Shown here: in pieces, positions 1-13,251 of the stretch
Layout: each line of letters begins with the position of its first letter
How positions within the stretch are numbered: the first letter of the stretch is position 1
DNA from: Octopus sinensis
Lineage: Eukaryota
Length of the DNA stretch: 64,000 nucleotides
Assembly: GCF_006345805.1 (NCBI RefSeq)
Contig: NC_043018.1
Location: 3,472,001 to 3,536,000 of the forward strand
Direction of reading: 5' to 3'
Position numbers and translations under genes: made by a program
The notes under the pieces: generated by a model
The model's input: only the letters and a program-made list of their open reading frames with translations
Databases searched by the model: none
What the model was told of the DNA's origin: nothing

Positions 1-1425
1 TATGCCTCAACTGATGTTAATCTTAGCCAGAAATTCTACACATATTAACTCTGCATTCCAGTTCTTCATTGATTTGATAAAATTTAAGATGATTCCAGAC
101 ACCTTTACCAACTTTCTAAAATCCAGGATCGAGGGACCATGTCATAAGCTCTTTTATAATCCATTCACGCCATACCCAAACTAACGTCTTCCCTTACAGT
201 CGTTCAGCACCATTCTGTATATCGGAAGTTGATCTTTCATCTCTCGGCTTCTTCTCCTGCATCCGTTCTATTCCACTGGCAGTTTGTCATTCATTTCAAG
301 AATGTCATACACACAATTAGATATTACTAGCAGTATCGCCCGGCGTTGCTCAGGTTTGTAAGGGAAATAACTATAAAGCATTTTTAGAGAGTTATAGCCA
401 AAAAATAGCAAAAAAATGGAAAAAAATGATGGTAAATTTTTTTTGAGAGTTAAAAAAGGTGGAGTTGCGTCCCCTAGACAGTTTGTGGTTTGTGTTTCTG
501 ATTCTCGACCCCATGTCGAATTTATCGGTTTTTTTTCAGAACTGGGGGAACTTTTCAAAATTTTCGCTGCGTTAGTTTTGAATTATGACATTGGGCTATG
601 TGTGTGTCAAGTTTCATCAGAATCGGTTGAAAGCCGTGGTCAGGGTGAGGGTACGAGCAAACAGACACACAGAAACACGCACAGACAAACTGCCGTTTAT
701 ATAGAGAGAGATTCCTGTCATCAACCTCCACATCAAGGATAGGCGGGAGATTGTCTGCTAATTATCCACTGCTTCACCTTTTCTAGGGTTCCTTTCGTAA
801 AGAACCGTTTTTCCCTGTGATCATCCACTTCGGGATTTCCACACGGTTGTTGATCATTTCATCCCTGTGCGCAGCTGTTCTTTCGTATAATGAATTTTTC
901 AGCCTTGTACACTATCTGGGCCTGGACATTTCTAGTTTCGGACCTTTGTTGTCACAATTTCAGTTGTTATCTTTTTATTGTTCCGTTTCACTTCATATTT
1001 ATCCGACCTTAAATTCCTTCAACCATTCAGCATCTTACGATTCTCAGATGTTACTCCCAAACCTCCTACTCTCCTCAGGATCTGGTTACTCATTACTGTT
1101 AACCTTTCCATTCATCTGCTGTTAAACTCTCACCGTGTTTTCGATTCTCACCCTCTTCTTGATCTCAACAAGTTCTAAGTTTAACTATCCGTTCTTCTTT
1201 ATTATCCATGCATGGTTACACAGTTTCTATTCCGTAATATCTAAGCCCTGCCTCTCCATCCAGATGTCATGCATTCCCTTTCTGTATCCTCTTCTCATCT
1301 TCTCTTCACCATCATCAGGTCTGCTCAAAAAATAACATTCCATGACAGTTATATTCGTCTCCTCAGACCATCTTGTTCTAGCAGCCGTGCAATGACGACC
1401 GACCCAGTGCTGCTCTCTCACAAGA
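1..1425 (-). mobile_element. Degenerate R4/Dong-clade non-LTR retrotransposon (N-terminal region plus RT), split by a Helitron at 327-711
   Basis: Minus-strand translation across stops and frameshifts gives RWSEETNITVMECYFLSRP..RGYRKGMHDIW, DAEWLKEFK, KCPGPDSVQG, EIPKWMITGK, LMWRLMTG|IISNCVYDILE, GCRRRSREMKDQL and MDYKRAYDMVPRSWI. These match R4/Dong RT motifs (KAPGPD, KGCRR..GTKDQL, WIDYKKAYDMVPHSWI). Confidence 0.88.
327..711 (-). mobile_element. Non-autonomous Helitron (385 bp)
   Basis: On the minus strand it starts 5'-TCTCTCTCTATATAAACGG and ends with a subterminal hairpin (CCTGAGCAACGCCGGG) followed by CTAG-3'. It is inserted between A and T with no TSD. A second copy lies at 17639-18005. 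Confidence 0.88.
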
Positions 1426-1472
1426 CACCTGCAGGCTGAGATGCCGTCACCTGAAGATCAGCCCTCATTTAA

Positions 1473-1705
1473 AAGGCGGAGAGCTGGCAGAAACGTTAGC
1501 ATGCCGGGCGAAATGCGTAGCCGTATTTCGTCTGCCGTTAAGTTCTGAGTTCAAATTCCGCCGAGGTCGACTTTGCCTTTCATCCTTTCAGGGTCGATAA
1601 ATTAAGTACTAGTTACGCAATGGGGTCGATGTAATCGACTTAATCCCTTTGTCTGTCCTTGTTCGTCGCCTCTGTGTTTAGCCCCTTGTGGGTAGTAAAG
1701 AAATA
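1473..1705 (+). mobile_element. tRNA-derived SINE family A
   Basis: Head AAGGCGG.GAGCTGGCAGAA.CGTTAGCA, B-box-like GAGTTCAAATTCC, core GTCGACTTTGCCTTTCATCCTTTC.GGGTCGATAAA. More than 15 copies occur in the window. Confidence 0.88.
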
Positions 1706-1713
1706 GATCACGT

Positions 1714-2005
1714 TATCACGTTAACCGCCGCGTGTACCACGGGCAGTTCATCTCAAACTTCCCACATCACCGGTGGTACTTTTCATAATTTGAGAAAATA
1801 TCTTATTTTGCATCTTTGACATGATTTCGAGGATATTTAAATAACATGAGTGATAAATATTAAAGTTTAATAATGAAATATTGTAAAAATACAAAAAAAA
1901 AAAAGAAATTACATTTCCTTGTAAATAAAGAGTATGCAGTGTGATTGCGAAATACGAGGCGTCCCCGGTAAGTTCGAGTAACGGGCCGTGGCGGCTAACG
2001 TGATA
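1714..2005. mobile_element. Candidate MITE with 19-bp terminal inverted repeats
   Basis: TATCACGTTAACCGCCGCG (1714-1732) vs reverse complement of 1987-2005 (TATCACGTTAGCCGCCACG), 2 mismatches, with TA at both outer ends. Confidence 0.5.
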
Positions 2006-2619
2006 GCAATAGAACCTGCGTCAATTTTTGGAAAATGTTGCTTTCTGTACTTAATTACTCGTAAAGTCCCTGAATTACCGGGAGAGAATATCCAAATGGT
2101 CAATGCGAGAATGCCATTAGGTGGTTGAAGGGGCTTCCCTCATCGTAGCCAGCGGTGAAATGGGGGTGGAAAGGATTTGTTCGCGGTATCAACAACCGCA
2201 ATAATCCTCATTCTTCAGAGCCTCAAAGATCACAATTCTGGAGACAGCGAAAGAAATCTGTTTGTGTCCCCTCCCGGAAACCAACGACAAAACACCCAGC
2301 CTCCTATTATAATCATCATTGCTGTCTACATCGTCTTTAATGAAGCGGGTGATAATAACTGGAAATATTTAAGAAATTGTTAGAGAAAAAGGAAGCGACC
2401 ACTCCCATCCAAAAGTGAAAGGAAGGCGGAAGACAACAAGAAGGGAGAGGAAGGAACACCCCTTCATGGTGACTATGATGATGACGAAGACGAAATGAGA
2501 TTCGCAGTCCTAAGAAAGACTGACCAATGTCTCATAAATAGAACAACGAAGTTGTGATGTGGCGGAAATTGCCCGGTTGTATTAATCACAGGGAGCCCCG
2601 GAATATGAGATAATCAAAT

Positions 2620-2838
2620 AAGGCGGTGAGCTGGGAGAATCGTTAACACGATGGACAAAATGCTAAGCGATATTTCGTCCGTCTTGACGTTCTGAGTTCA
2701 AATTCCGACGAGGTCGACTTTGCATTTCATCCTTTCGGAGTCGATAAAATAAGTACCAGTTGAGCAACTGGGTCGATGTAATCGACAACCCCACTTGCCC
2801 CGAAATTTCAGACCCCGTACTTATAATGGAAAAGAATA
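2620..2838 (+). mobile_element. SINE family A
   Basis: Same head, B-box and core as 1473-1705. Confidence 0.85.
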
Positions 2839-3637
2839 ATGAGATATTCAAATGACATACCTTTAGTAAAAATAAAAAAAGACACCATCATCACCAGTTA
2901 TTGCAAGTTTATACAGAGGAAGGAAGTAACTTATTTCTTGTCTCATCCCACAAAGAAAATGTTGAGGAACTCCTTTTCCGTGTATCAGATTCCAGCACGA
3001 GCACTAAAGATGTGGGGAGCTGAGTCCGATCTAACTAGTGGCTTCTGAACATGTCTGGGTAGACTACCCTAAATATATTTCCCTATGTGCTTTTAGAAAC
3101 GAGAAAAAAAACCTTGATTGAATTATGTTTTTTCTTAAATACATTATTTGTAATTTCCATAAATCTTTCGACTCCTCCCTAAATATCGTGTGACGTATTT
3201 TCTTTCAATCTTATATAACGTATTTGTCTCTCCTCACACGTCATTCTAAGTCACTTTAAAAACTTTCCATTTTATACGCATGAATAAATTGTATAAAATT
3301 GACGTCAATGACGAAATAAAAGAAACGATAAGTTATCATCATCATCATCATCCTCATCATCATCATTACTATTATTATTATTATTGACTCCAGACTTGTT
3401 CAAACGCGCTTGAACTTGCTCTGATTCTGGATGTATTTCAAGTAACTGAAAAAAAAAAAACAATAATTTTAATTTTTAATAATATTTTGTAAAAGGGTTT
3501 TATTGAACTTTATGGATTGACTACCCCATACTGAGGTAAAGAAGCAAGTGTTGAATTCGCAGCATAATTTCCTGTCAATAACGTGGAAACCGCCCACACT
3601 AATGAATAGCATAGATCGGAGCAAGAAATGTCAATCA

Positions 3638-3766
<129 letters not shown>

Positions 3767-4160
3767 AGAGATACATAGACTATCTAATTGCAGAAAATGA
3801 AAAAAAGCACACATTTCTGTGAATAACGGTCACCTTGTAATCAGCACACACAGAGATTCGCGTTCACATGCACACATATTCAAGTTCACACACGCACACA
3901 TACACGTTCACACGCACACAATTACACACACACACACATCATCATCATCATCAAGTCACAAGGTCTAACTCTGACGTTCGCATCCATACTTTTAAATAGA
4001 AAGATCCACAAGATGAAACGATTCACTGGGAAAACACCTGCTTCGTAAAACATGATACTTCTCTACTAGGCCTTGCCAAAACCGCAGCACGTTTATTTCT
4101 GCTTTCCAAAATTAAACTTGCAGTACCCTCGGAGTTCTGTAGAACGAGCTTATTCGTATC

Positions 4161-4216
<56 letters not shown>

Positions 4217-4439
4217 ATATTCTATGATGTGCAGTGTTTTTACAAATTTAAGTCGGGGTTAGTAGCATAGTGCGAGACACACGCATCTGATTCCACTTCT
4301 CACTTTCATAACGCAATACAGGCAGGGATTCAACGTCAATGTGGCCTTCATTCAAATGTGGTTCAGTTGGATCCTTATGAATATAAGGTGACAAAGTGAT
4401 CCCATAGATGTGTTCTGATCATTCAATGAACATAGCCCA

Positions 4440-4900
4440 GATATTACATATAGGACAGTAAAATCAGTCTGGGAGATGGGGAAGTGCCTGCAACTATTTG
4501 CAGACCCTCACTGACCAGGGAATTTGATGGCGTTAATGTTCCGTTCAAACTATTACAGATCAACTTCTGTAGGAAAGATTTGATCCGGTTGCAGATTCTA
4601 GGGGGATGATAGTCAGGGGAAGAAATACTGGGTATAGTGTTTAGCTTGAAGGCGAGAACTGAAGGTAACATGAATGATGAATAGTAGAGAATTGAACTGG
4701 ATTACAGTGCTTAAGCAACAAAGGTATCAGAACAGCTAGTTCAAAGAATAGGCCATAAGATTAAGAGTAGTAAAGATAGAGAGATGAGACAGCACAGATG
4801 TGAGCCAGAGGCTGAAGATGTCCGTTAATTATTGAATATCAATCAGTCGAGTAATCTTCTCTGGATGCAGTCTTGAATGTCTGTGTTTGGGGTAGCAGGA
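4440..4900 (-). mobile_element. Highly degenerate CR1-like LINE fragments
   Basis: Minus strand gives LQPLAHICAVSSLYLYYS..GLFFELA (cf. LQPLAHRRAVSSLSLFYRYY..ELA) and ICNRIKSFLQ..LNGTLTPS (cf. RT WIKSFL..VVLNG). Confidence 0.5.
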
Positions 4901-5074
4901 CCTTCCCTGGTGTGAGAACAGTACTTCAATGTGATCCTCAGTTAAGTTTCGTAGAATGTCAGCAGCTTCAAGGCCCTGAAGAAAAAAAAGGCTGGTCTTT
5001 TGGGATACTCTCCTGGCTACGCTAAGGGTTGTGCTGTCATCTAGGAAGATCCTCAGTGATATTGGTCTCCCATG

Positions 5075-5275
5075 TTGGCATTAAGCCAGCAGCTCCGGGG
5101 TCGGGTAACGTCAACTATATCCATCCCAGTACTCCACTGGTACTTATTTTATCGACCACGAAAATATGAAATGCAAGGTCGACATCGGCTGAATTTGAAC
5201 TCGAGATGTCGCGAGAGACGAGATGCCGCAAAGCATTTTCCCGGAGTGCTAACGATTCTGCCAGCTCGCCGCCTT
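5075..5275 (-). mobile_element. SINE family A
   Basis: Reverse-complement head CTGCCAGCTCGCCGCCTT at ~5258-5275 and core TTTTATCGACC. Confidence 0.85.
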
Positions 5276-5811
5276 AAAAATCTCCAATGATATTTGTGGC
5301 GACTAAGAATGCTCTGTCTTGGTACTGTTTATGTTTAAGCTAGTGTTTTCTTCACGCATGCAGTACATGAAGTATTTTCGTTGTGAAAAGAGATAATAGT
5401 GTCATAGAAGGAAACTCTCGAGGCTTAACTTTTATGGAATCAGCGATGGTTTGGTGTGTGGTGCTTCGGTTTTGTATGTGAATGATGCACGTTTTGAGCA
5501 AGTCAGGGAAGAATGAAGTGTTATGTCACCTGTATGGAAATTGATTTTTGTTGGATGCAGCGGAAAATGTATGGCTTTAGCATTCATTGATCTAAAGAAG
5601 AAACGGTCACAAAACTGAACCCTCAAGAATACTTGAGTTGATTAAGCGTGGGGCAAAATGAGGGCAATTAACACAGGCCACGATAATGCGATCCTATAAA
5701 TAGTCACTGTTTCAAGAAATAAATCGAAGGAACCTCGGACATGGGAGATTTTATTGACGGGTTGAATACCAGAGACAGTTGAAGGATTTGCTGATGCCTA
5801 GAGCAACAATA

Positions 5812-5967
5812 TTTGTTCCTTCTCAAGCCATGCCTGGCTCATAAGGGCCGGTTTCCCGGTTTCTTTGGCGTATAAGGTTCCCCACCTGAACGGGACGCCG
5901 TCGCAGGTGAGCTGCAAGATGCAAGAGGAAAGAGTCCGCTGCTCTAACCACTAGGCCATGTGCCTCC
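5812..5967 (-). mobile_element. Internally deleted tRNA-derived SINE (family D)
   Basis: The minus strand begins GGAGGCACATGGCCTAGTGGTTAGAGCAGCGGACT (A-box), jumps to CCTGCGACGGCGTCCCGTTCAGG (V-domain-like) and ends GAGAAGGAACAAA. Confidence 0.65.
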
Positions 5968-6385
5968 AATATAGCCTTAATGAAATCCCTGCGAGAGATC
6001 ACCGCTGAGTAACCTAAGAGAGTAGATCTGGCTCTTCGTAAACGGTTCCGGTGATCACTGAGCGGAGAGCAAACCAAAATGTTGGAAGGAACGAACCAAG
6101 CTGTTTCCATAACCTTAGTTGTGTTAGAAGTGAAAGCAATAAGACATTAGTTGACTGGGTCAGACGAGTAATTTATCTTTGGAATGGGACACACTGATGC
6201 GTATTTCCAAATGGAACCGTATCACATTTACATATTACATACAAAACAAACCGCTGGTGAGAATTCACTGGTCAAGGAGGAAAAAAGAAAAAAAGAAACA
6301 GAAAAAATATATTTAAGTTTTCAGGTGATATTATAAATCTTTGGCCTTTTATCAGTTTCTACATCAATATATGAGGAATACAGAA

Positions 6386-6795
6386 AGACGACGAGTTGGC
6401 TGAATCGGTAGCACGCTGGGCAAAATACTTAGCAGCATTTCGTCGGTCTTCACGTTCTGAGTTCAAATGCTGCCGGGGTCGATTTTGCTTTGCATTCTTT
6501 CGGGGTCGATAAATTAAGTATCCCCTTCCCCAAAATTTCAGACCTTGTCTTTATAGTATAAAGGAATATATGAGGAATACAGAAAGGCGGCGAGTTGGCT
6601 GAATCGGTAGCACGCTGGGCAAAATGCTTAGCTGCTTTTCGTCAGTCTTTTCGTTCTGAGTTCAAATACCGCCAAGGTCGACTTTACTTTTCATCCTCTC
6701 GGGGTCGATGAAATAAGTACCATTTGTGTAGTGGAGTTGATGTAATCGATTTATCCCCTCCTCTTAATTGTTGGCCTTGTGCCAAAATTTGAAAC
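6386..6795 (+). mobile_element. Two tandem SINE family A copies
   Basis: Both heads share the private variant GTTGGCTGAATCGGTAGCACGCTGGGC and the same 5' flank ATATATGAGGAATACAGAAAG. Confidence 0.85.
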
Positions 6796-7054
6796 CTATA
6801 TATTCGGAATACATATATCCAGGTCTTATAAGGGATTTAGTCGGACCAATACGAGCTTTTAAATTTGGGTATCGTGAATACTTACACCCACTGGAGAACC
6901 AATATATCTACATATATTACTGAATAGTTTATGAGTTTGAGTCAAACAGAATAAGTAAAAGAGTGGGGACTTAAAAAGTTTTCTAATTGCATGTGCAAGC
7001 ACACAAACGTCACTTTTTAAGTATGTGCACGGGTACATATTAATTTATTTTCTT

Positions 7055-7118
<64 letters not shown>

Positions 7119-7137
7119 TATATATGTGTGTGTATCT

Positions 7138-7469
7138 GAGACCCCCTTCGGTCACGACACAGACCATGGGATTGCACCTAGAAAGTTACCCTCCCAGGCA
7201 CAAGTCCGGGCAAGGTTGTTTATGGAAGACCAGTAGTCGCCCATGCACAGCGGCCTCCCCTCTCCATACCATCGGTGTTATCCAAGGGAAAGGGGCAAAG
7301 GGGCCGATACAGCTTGGCACCTATGACGTTGCAACTCATTTCTACAGCTGAGTGAACTGGAGCAACGTGAAATAAAGTGTCTTGCTCAAGAACACAGCAC
7401 GCAGCCCGGTCCGGGATTCGAGCTCACAACCTCACGATCGTAAGCTCCACGGTCTAACCACTGAGTCAT
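7138..7469 (-). mobile_element. tRNA-derived SINE family C
   Basis: Minus-strand head ATGACTCAGTGGTTAGACCGTGGAGCTTACGATCGTGAGGTTGTGAGCTCGAATCCCGG (A and B boxes), followed by a CORE-like CTTGAGCAAGACACTT. Confidence 0.75.
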
Positions 7470-7478
7470 ACATCTTCA

Positions 7479-8040
<562 letters not shown>

Positions 8041-8552
8041 GTACAAGGCTTTTAGATAGACAAAATAACAGAAAAATGCCTGGGTTTTCTTGCTTAAATC
8101 GTTAATTGAATCGGCATACAAGTTAAGGCCCATAAAACATTAGTAAAGAACACAGCTATAAAACACTATTGGTGATGAAAACTGATAACCAGCCAATAAC
8201 TCATTATGACGCCCACAGATAAAAATGCCTTTTCTCCTTTTTCTATTCCTTTTTCTTCCTTGGCCAGTTAATTCTAACCGATGGTTTGTTTTGCTTGTAA
8301 TATACACATGTGATCCTATAACCACACCCAATTCAGGATACGTATAAATTTTAGATAATTTGAGGTGATTCAGCAAATTACTTTTATACGAATTTCTGGT
8401 GAGACTGATTCATGTGTCGTTTCAATAGCACCAGCAGAATAACCTGTTGTTGCATACATTACTGTATGATATGGCCAAATCGAAGAGATCGAATTCAGAC
8501 GAAACAATTGTTAACCAGTGTTTAAAAAAAATTGCACACTTGATTTTTTTTT

Positions 8553-8591
<39 letters not shown>

Positions 8592-8592
<1 letters not shown>

Positions 8593-8975
8593 GCGCAGGA
8601 GTGGTTGTGTGGTAAGTAGCTTGCTTACCAACCACATGGCATCTTGGGCAAGTGTCTTCTGCTATAGCCTCGGGCCGACCAATGCCTTGTGAGTGGATTT
8701 GGTAGACGGAAACTGAAAGAAGCCTGTCGTATATATGTATATATATATATATATGTATATGTATGTATGTGTGTGTATATGTCTGTGCGTCTGTGTTTGT
8801 CCTCCTAGCATTGCTGGTGTGTTTACGTCCCCGTCACTTAGCGGTTCGGCAAAAGAGACCGAAAGAATAAGTACTGGGCTTACAAAGTTCCGAGGTCGAT
8901 TTGCTCGACTAAAGGCGGTGCTCCAGCATGGCCGCAGTCAAATGACTGAAACAAGGAAAAGAGAAAAGAGAAAAA
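8592..8975 (+). mobile_element. SINE family B (CORE-like)
   Basis: Head GGCGCAGGAGTGG.TGTGTGGTAAGTAGCTTGCTTACCAACCACATGG, CORE-like CTTGGGCAAGTGTCTT, tail GGCGGTGCTCCAGCATGGCCGCAGTCAAATGACTGAAAC. More than 25 copies occur in the window. Confidence 0.88.
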
Positions 8976-9735
8976 GAGAATATAAATTGCACTTCATATT
9001 CGAGGCTCTGATGAAGCTATACGGCGTTACTTAGCCACTCAAATACGAATACACTGCACCTTATTGCAGAAACGGCTGTAAGCTGATGAAGTTCATAAGA
9101 TAATCGTCTTCACCGGACACCAGTCATGTGGTGTTGTTCTTTTTCGCCCTGTCTTTGACCAGACTGGTAATGCTGGTCTGGGCTCCTAATACGTCCATTA
9201 GGACTTACTCCATTTCATCTTCGCGCAACCCCACTAAGTTCGTTCGATAGCTGCAAAGCTCTTTCGGTTGTATTTATGTTATATATATAATAACTACTTT
9301 TTCATCAGTTGTATATAGCCGTAAGGCTTCGTGCTGTTATAAATGCATAATTATTTGTCTGTTGTATTTATATAATGACTTGTTTGTTTCTGTCTTAGTA
9401 TATATTCGCTAACTTTTTCCCAGTAGCTTAATAACAGCACTAGAGCCTCAAAAACTGATTGGTCTCAATATTGAGGGCACGAAACCACTATGACATTTTG
9501 GGTCATTGGCTGACGAAGAAGACTCAGCTGCGAATATTCCGTGTATTGTGTCTTCGTCTAAATTTCCTGTTTTCGTGTAGTTCCCGTATCAACCCTTGAT
9601 ATATATATATATATATTTACCTATCTATCTCGCACGCGCACACACATACACATATTCTCATCCTCTGTGTCTCTCTATATATCTGTGTATATAGGTATGT
9701 ATGTGTGCGTGTGTGTATATATATGCATATATATA

Positions 9736-9766
<31 letters not shown>

Positions 9767-10533
9767 ATACATACATATACACACACGCACTCACATGTGT
9801 GTGTATATATATAAGAAGCAGAATGAATCAACCGACTCAGGTAAGGGAGATGGTGCAAATAGGGGGCGGTATATAGTAGTAGTAGTAGTAGTAGTAGTAG
9901 TGGGGAATGGTGGGTGATGGACGGTCGTGGTAGCGTGGATGGTAATGCTAGTGGCCGTAATGGTAGCGTAGGTTGGGGTGGTGGTGGTGGTACAAAAGGG
10001 AGCTAGCAACTAACTTTTTTTAACACAATGATCGTTTCAACCCTTCTACATCTGTTCCATCTTTAAAATAAGACACCCCGATGAGATGCATTCTGCACTG
10101 GTGGATGTAACACAGCCATTTGTACAGTATCCCACCCGCAAGGGTCAGATGTAGGATGGGTCGAAACGATCATTGTGTTGAAAAAAGATTGTTGCAAACT
10201 CAAACTTCCGTTTCCCTCATTCATTATAAACTCAACGAACGCTGCGCAATTCCTATGATAGACCCAGTGACACTTATATAAAAATTGGGGATGACATCAG
10301 GTAGCCTAAACAGTGAAAGTGCTTTAATTGCATACTACTAACCATATACTCAAGGTTTAAATAATTGCTTATATATAGAGAGATTTCGTTAATATGAACT
10401 GAATGAATATATACATCGGCCTTTGAATTTGTTTTCTCTCCTCCTTTATTTTATATTCCTGAAGTCCTATCAGAGTGCTAGTCGGTTGAGCTGTATAAAG
10501 TGGATATCTATATCACTTTTTTCATTTCATATA

Positions 10534-10578
<45 letters not shown>

Positions 10579-10644
10579 TATATAATAGAAATATTAAAAT
10601 TACTAAGTCTCTCTAAAAGAGAACAACGGCAGCGTTCCCGGAAA

Positions 10645-10736
10645 ATAATAGTTATCGCCATACTAATATGGCATTCTTAAAGCGGACAGCTTTATTCTTA
10701 TTTTTATAAGAATGCCATATTAGTATGGCGATAACT

Positions 10737-10741
<5 letters not shown>
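10645..10741. repeat. Perfect 35-bp inverted repeat with 27-nt spacer
   Basis: ATAATAGTTATCGCCATACTAATATGGCATTCTTA (10645-10679) is the exact reverse complement of 10707-10741. Confidence 0.92.
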
Positions 10742-10807
<66 letters not shown>

Positions 10808-11004
10808 TGTGTGTGATGTATGTATGTATGTATGTATGTATGTATGTATGTTATGTGGATATAGTTTAGAGAAAAACCTCTATTAAACAAATGTGTGTGA
10901 TTTTGTGTGTATATATGTACGTACATACACGCATACAAGTAAATATATATCTAATGCAGATATGTATACAAGCATATATATATATATATATAATATATAT
11001 ATAT

Positions 11005-11040
<36 letters not shown>

Positions 11041-11519
11041 AATACGTATATAAATAGATACTTTCATACATACGAGTATAGATATTTATATAATATACTC
11101 TCTCACACCCATATAAAACTATTTACATGTGGGCATGTTTACTTTCCTACAACTACATGACTTCTCCATTATTATATAATTATCGTTCATATTACAAATG
11201 TGCAATAATTATAATTTAATTTTCTTTCAAAGTTCTTTTTAGTCATAAAAAAGAATAAAATAAAAATTACTTAAAAAGTTTATATTGAGTTAGAAAGAAT
11301 GTAATTTAAAACAGTTTTCTTAAATATTTACTTTAAATATGTGATCAATGTCAATATTACTGTTTAACTATCAATTAATTATGGATCTATAATTGCTCTA
11401 CATATTATCTCAGTAGCAAAAGTATATTTCTAATACTCGTGTATAACAAATAACTCTAAGGTTAGCATGACTCCAATCTTATTGGAGTTATTTTCCTTTA
11501 CAAAACATGACAAAATACC

Positions 11520-11729
11520 TATTTCTTTACTACCCACAAGGGGCTAAACACAGTGGGGACAAACAAGGACAGGCGAACGGATTAAGTCGATTACATCGAC
11601 CCCAGTGCGTAATTGGTGCTTAATTTATCGACCCCAAAAGAATGAAAGGCAAAGTCGACCTCGGCGGTGGACGAAATACTGCTAAGCATTTCGCCCGTCC
11701 TGCTAACGATTCTGCCCGCTCGCCGCCTT
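11520..11729 (-). mobile_element. SINE family A
   Basis: Near full-length reverse copy of 1473-1705 with a short internal deletion. Confidence 0.88.
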
Positions 11730-12013
11730 AACATGTCAAAATACTAACAATAAGTTTATCAGCCTTTACTTATTAAATTCATATATGTTGTTGCTAATGT
11801 TGTTATTGTTGCTATAACTGCGAATTTGCTGTTTTGTTTCGAGTTATGAAACTTTTTTTCTTTTACATGGTGGGCAATATGGCGCTGAAGAATTGCTTCC
11901 AGCGTTCTTCGTGGCCTTAAAAGAAAAGTACAATCGGTGCCACTCTTCCACTTCTAAGTAAGCCATTAAAAAACAAACAAAGCAAAACACACGCACACAC
12001 ATACACACACACA

Positions 12014-12045
<32 letters not shown>

Positions 12046-12446
12046 AAGAAGCAAAAAGTACAAAAGCAAAAAAGAAATAGAGCAAATTAGATGGAATTTT
12101 GCCAAGGTTTCAGTTCGATGCAGCAGTTTACACACACACCGTAAAGCTTGACATCATGTTTTAATAACAACCTTGACAATAAACTGGTATTAATTATTGA
12201 CATTGCACTACTAAATGACTGTGTAGTGTTGCTGTGTGGAAACGAGAAGTCAAACGCTGACTTGATCTATTAAATTGAAAACAAACATTGCAGCGTGGTT
12301 GCAGCCATGCTGTGTAGTTAGGACTCTACAGCTAAAGAATTCTGGGAAAATTATTTTGTAGTGTTGTAATACTGGGTTCACCGATACAGAGAGGAAGTAG
12401 GATTTTGGTAGCGGGGAAAACTGTGTGGAAGCCTCTTATCAGCCAG

Positions 12447-13000
12447 TATGTGTGTTTCAATGTATAAAAAGTTCATTCTAGAAGCTTTGAGACTTTTTGA
12501 AGAGAGATATTTGTTGGTTGTAAAGAAGTTCAAAGCACGAATCTCTTTCAACTTTAATGCGTTCGTAGTTTCCAACCAATTCATGAAGGTCGCTTGGAAG
12601 TCCACCAAAGTGACACCATCCAGGGCTCTTGACAAAGCCTCCTTCGTCTTCTTCAGCTTTGAGAACAACCAAAGTGTCGCAGGGAACAAGGTATGGTCTA
12701 TAGGGAGAGTGAGGGGTAGTTTTCATACTCATCTCTCTCAAGTTGATAGATACTAGGATGGAATTGTGCAATGTTCTGGTGCAGATTCTCTGGCCTTTTG
12801 CGACGAAATCTCTTCTTATCAAAACCTCCACGAAGTATTCTTTGTTGATCATCTAGCCAGAGGGATCTCAGTGGATGTAGATGATACCCTTGCTGTTGAA
12901 AAAGGGGTTCGTGACAGGCTTTTCAGTGGACGTGCGTTGCATCGTAATTTGTGCTGGCCAAAAACAGATCCTAGCCTCATACAGGGGCTTTCCCCTGTTT
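12447..13000 (-). mobile_element. Mariner transposon remnant (C-terminal transposase)
   Basis: Minus strand gives FFNSKGIIYIH..INKEYFVEVL, PHSPYRPYLVPCD (cf. PHPPYSPDLAPCD) and WLFSKLKK. There are multiple stops and frameshifts. Confidence 0.8.
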
Positions 13001-13210
13001 GAAACAATACTTTATTGCTTAGCTCTATTATAAATTGTCTTCATATCCTGACTGCAACCGTGACAAGCAGTATTTAGCAGGGTGTCTTCAAAGGGCCTGT
13101 TACTGTCATCTCCTTCAATCTTCAACAACAAAAGTTGGCACACATACACATGTATATATACATACATGCGATGCAATAATATATATATACCCATATGCAA
13201 TGTAATTATA

Positions 13211-13251
<41 letters not shown>

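Noticed and set aside
7400-7469. tRNA-like sequences at SINE heads (also 5930-5967 and family A/B heads)
   Set aside because: A/B boxes only, continuing into SINE bodies; no complete cloverleaf.
8476-8520. GAAAC-AATT-GTT palindromic stem III after CGAAGAG
   Set aside because: The core and stem I are missing; too degenerate.
8990-9560. Several CTGATGA/CTGACGA motifs (~9007, ~9084, ~9512) suggestive of hammerheads
   Set aside because: No properly placed stem II plus GAAA or stem I partner could be built.
11865-11972. Short frame HGGQYGAEELLPAFFVALKEK (faint VPS9 GADDLLP resemblance) followed by AA/GTAAG
   Set aside because: No AG acceptor after the pyrimidine tract (TTTTACAT) and only a few-residue match; insufficient to call an exon.
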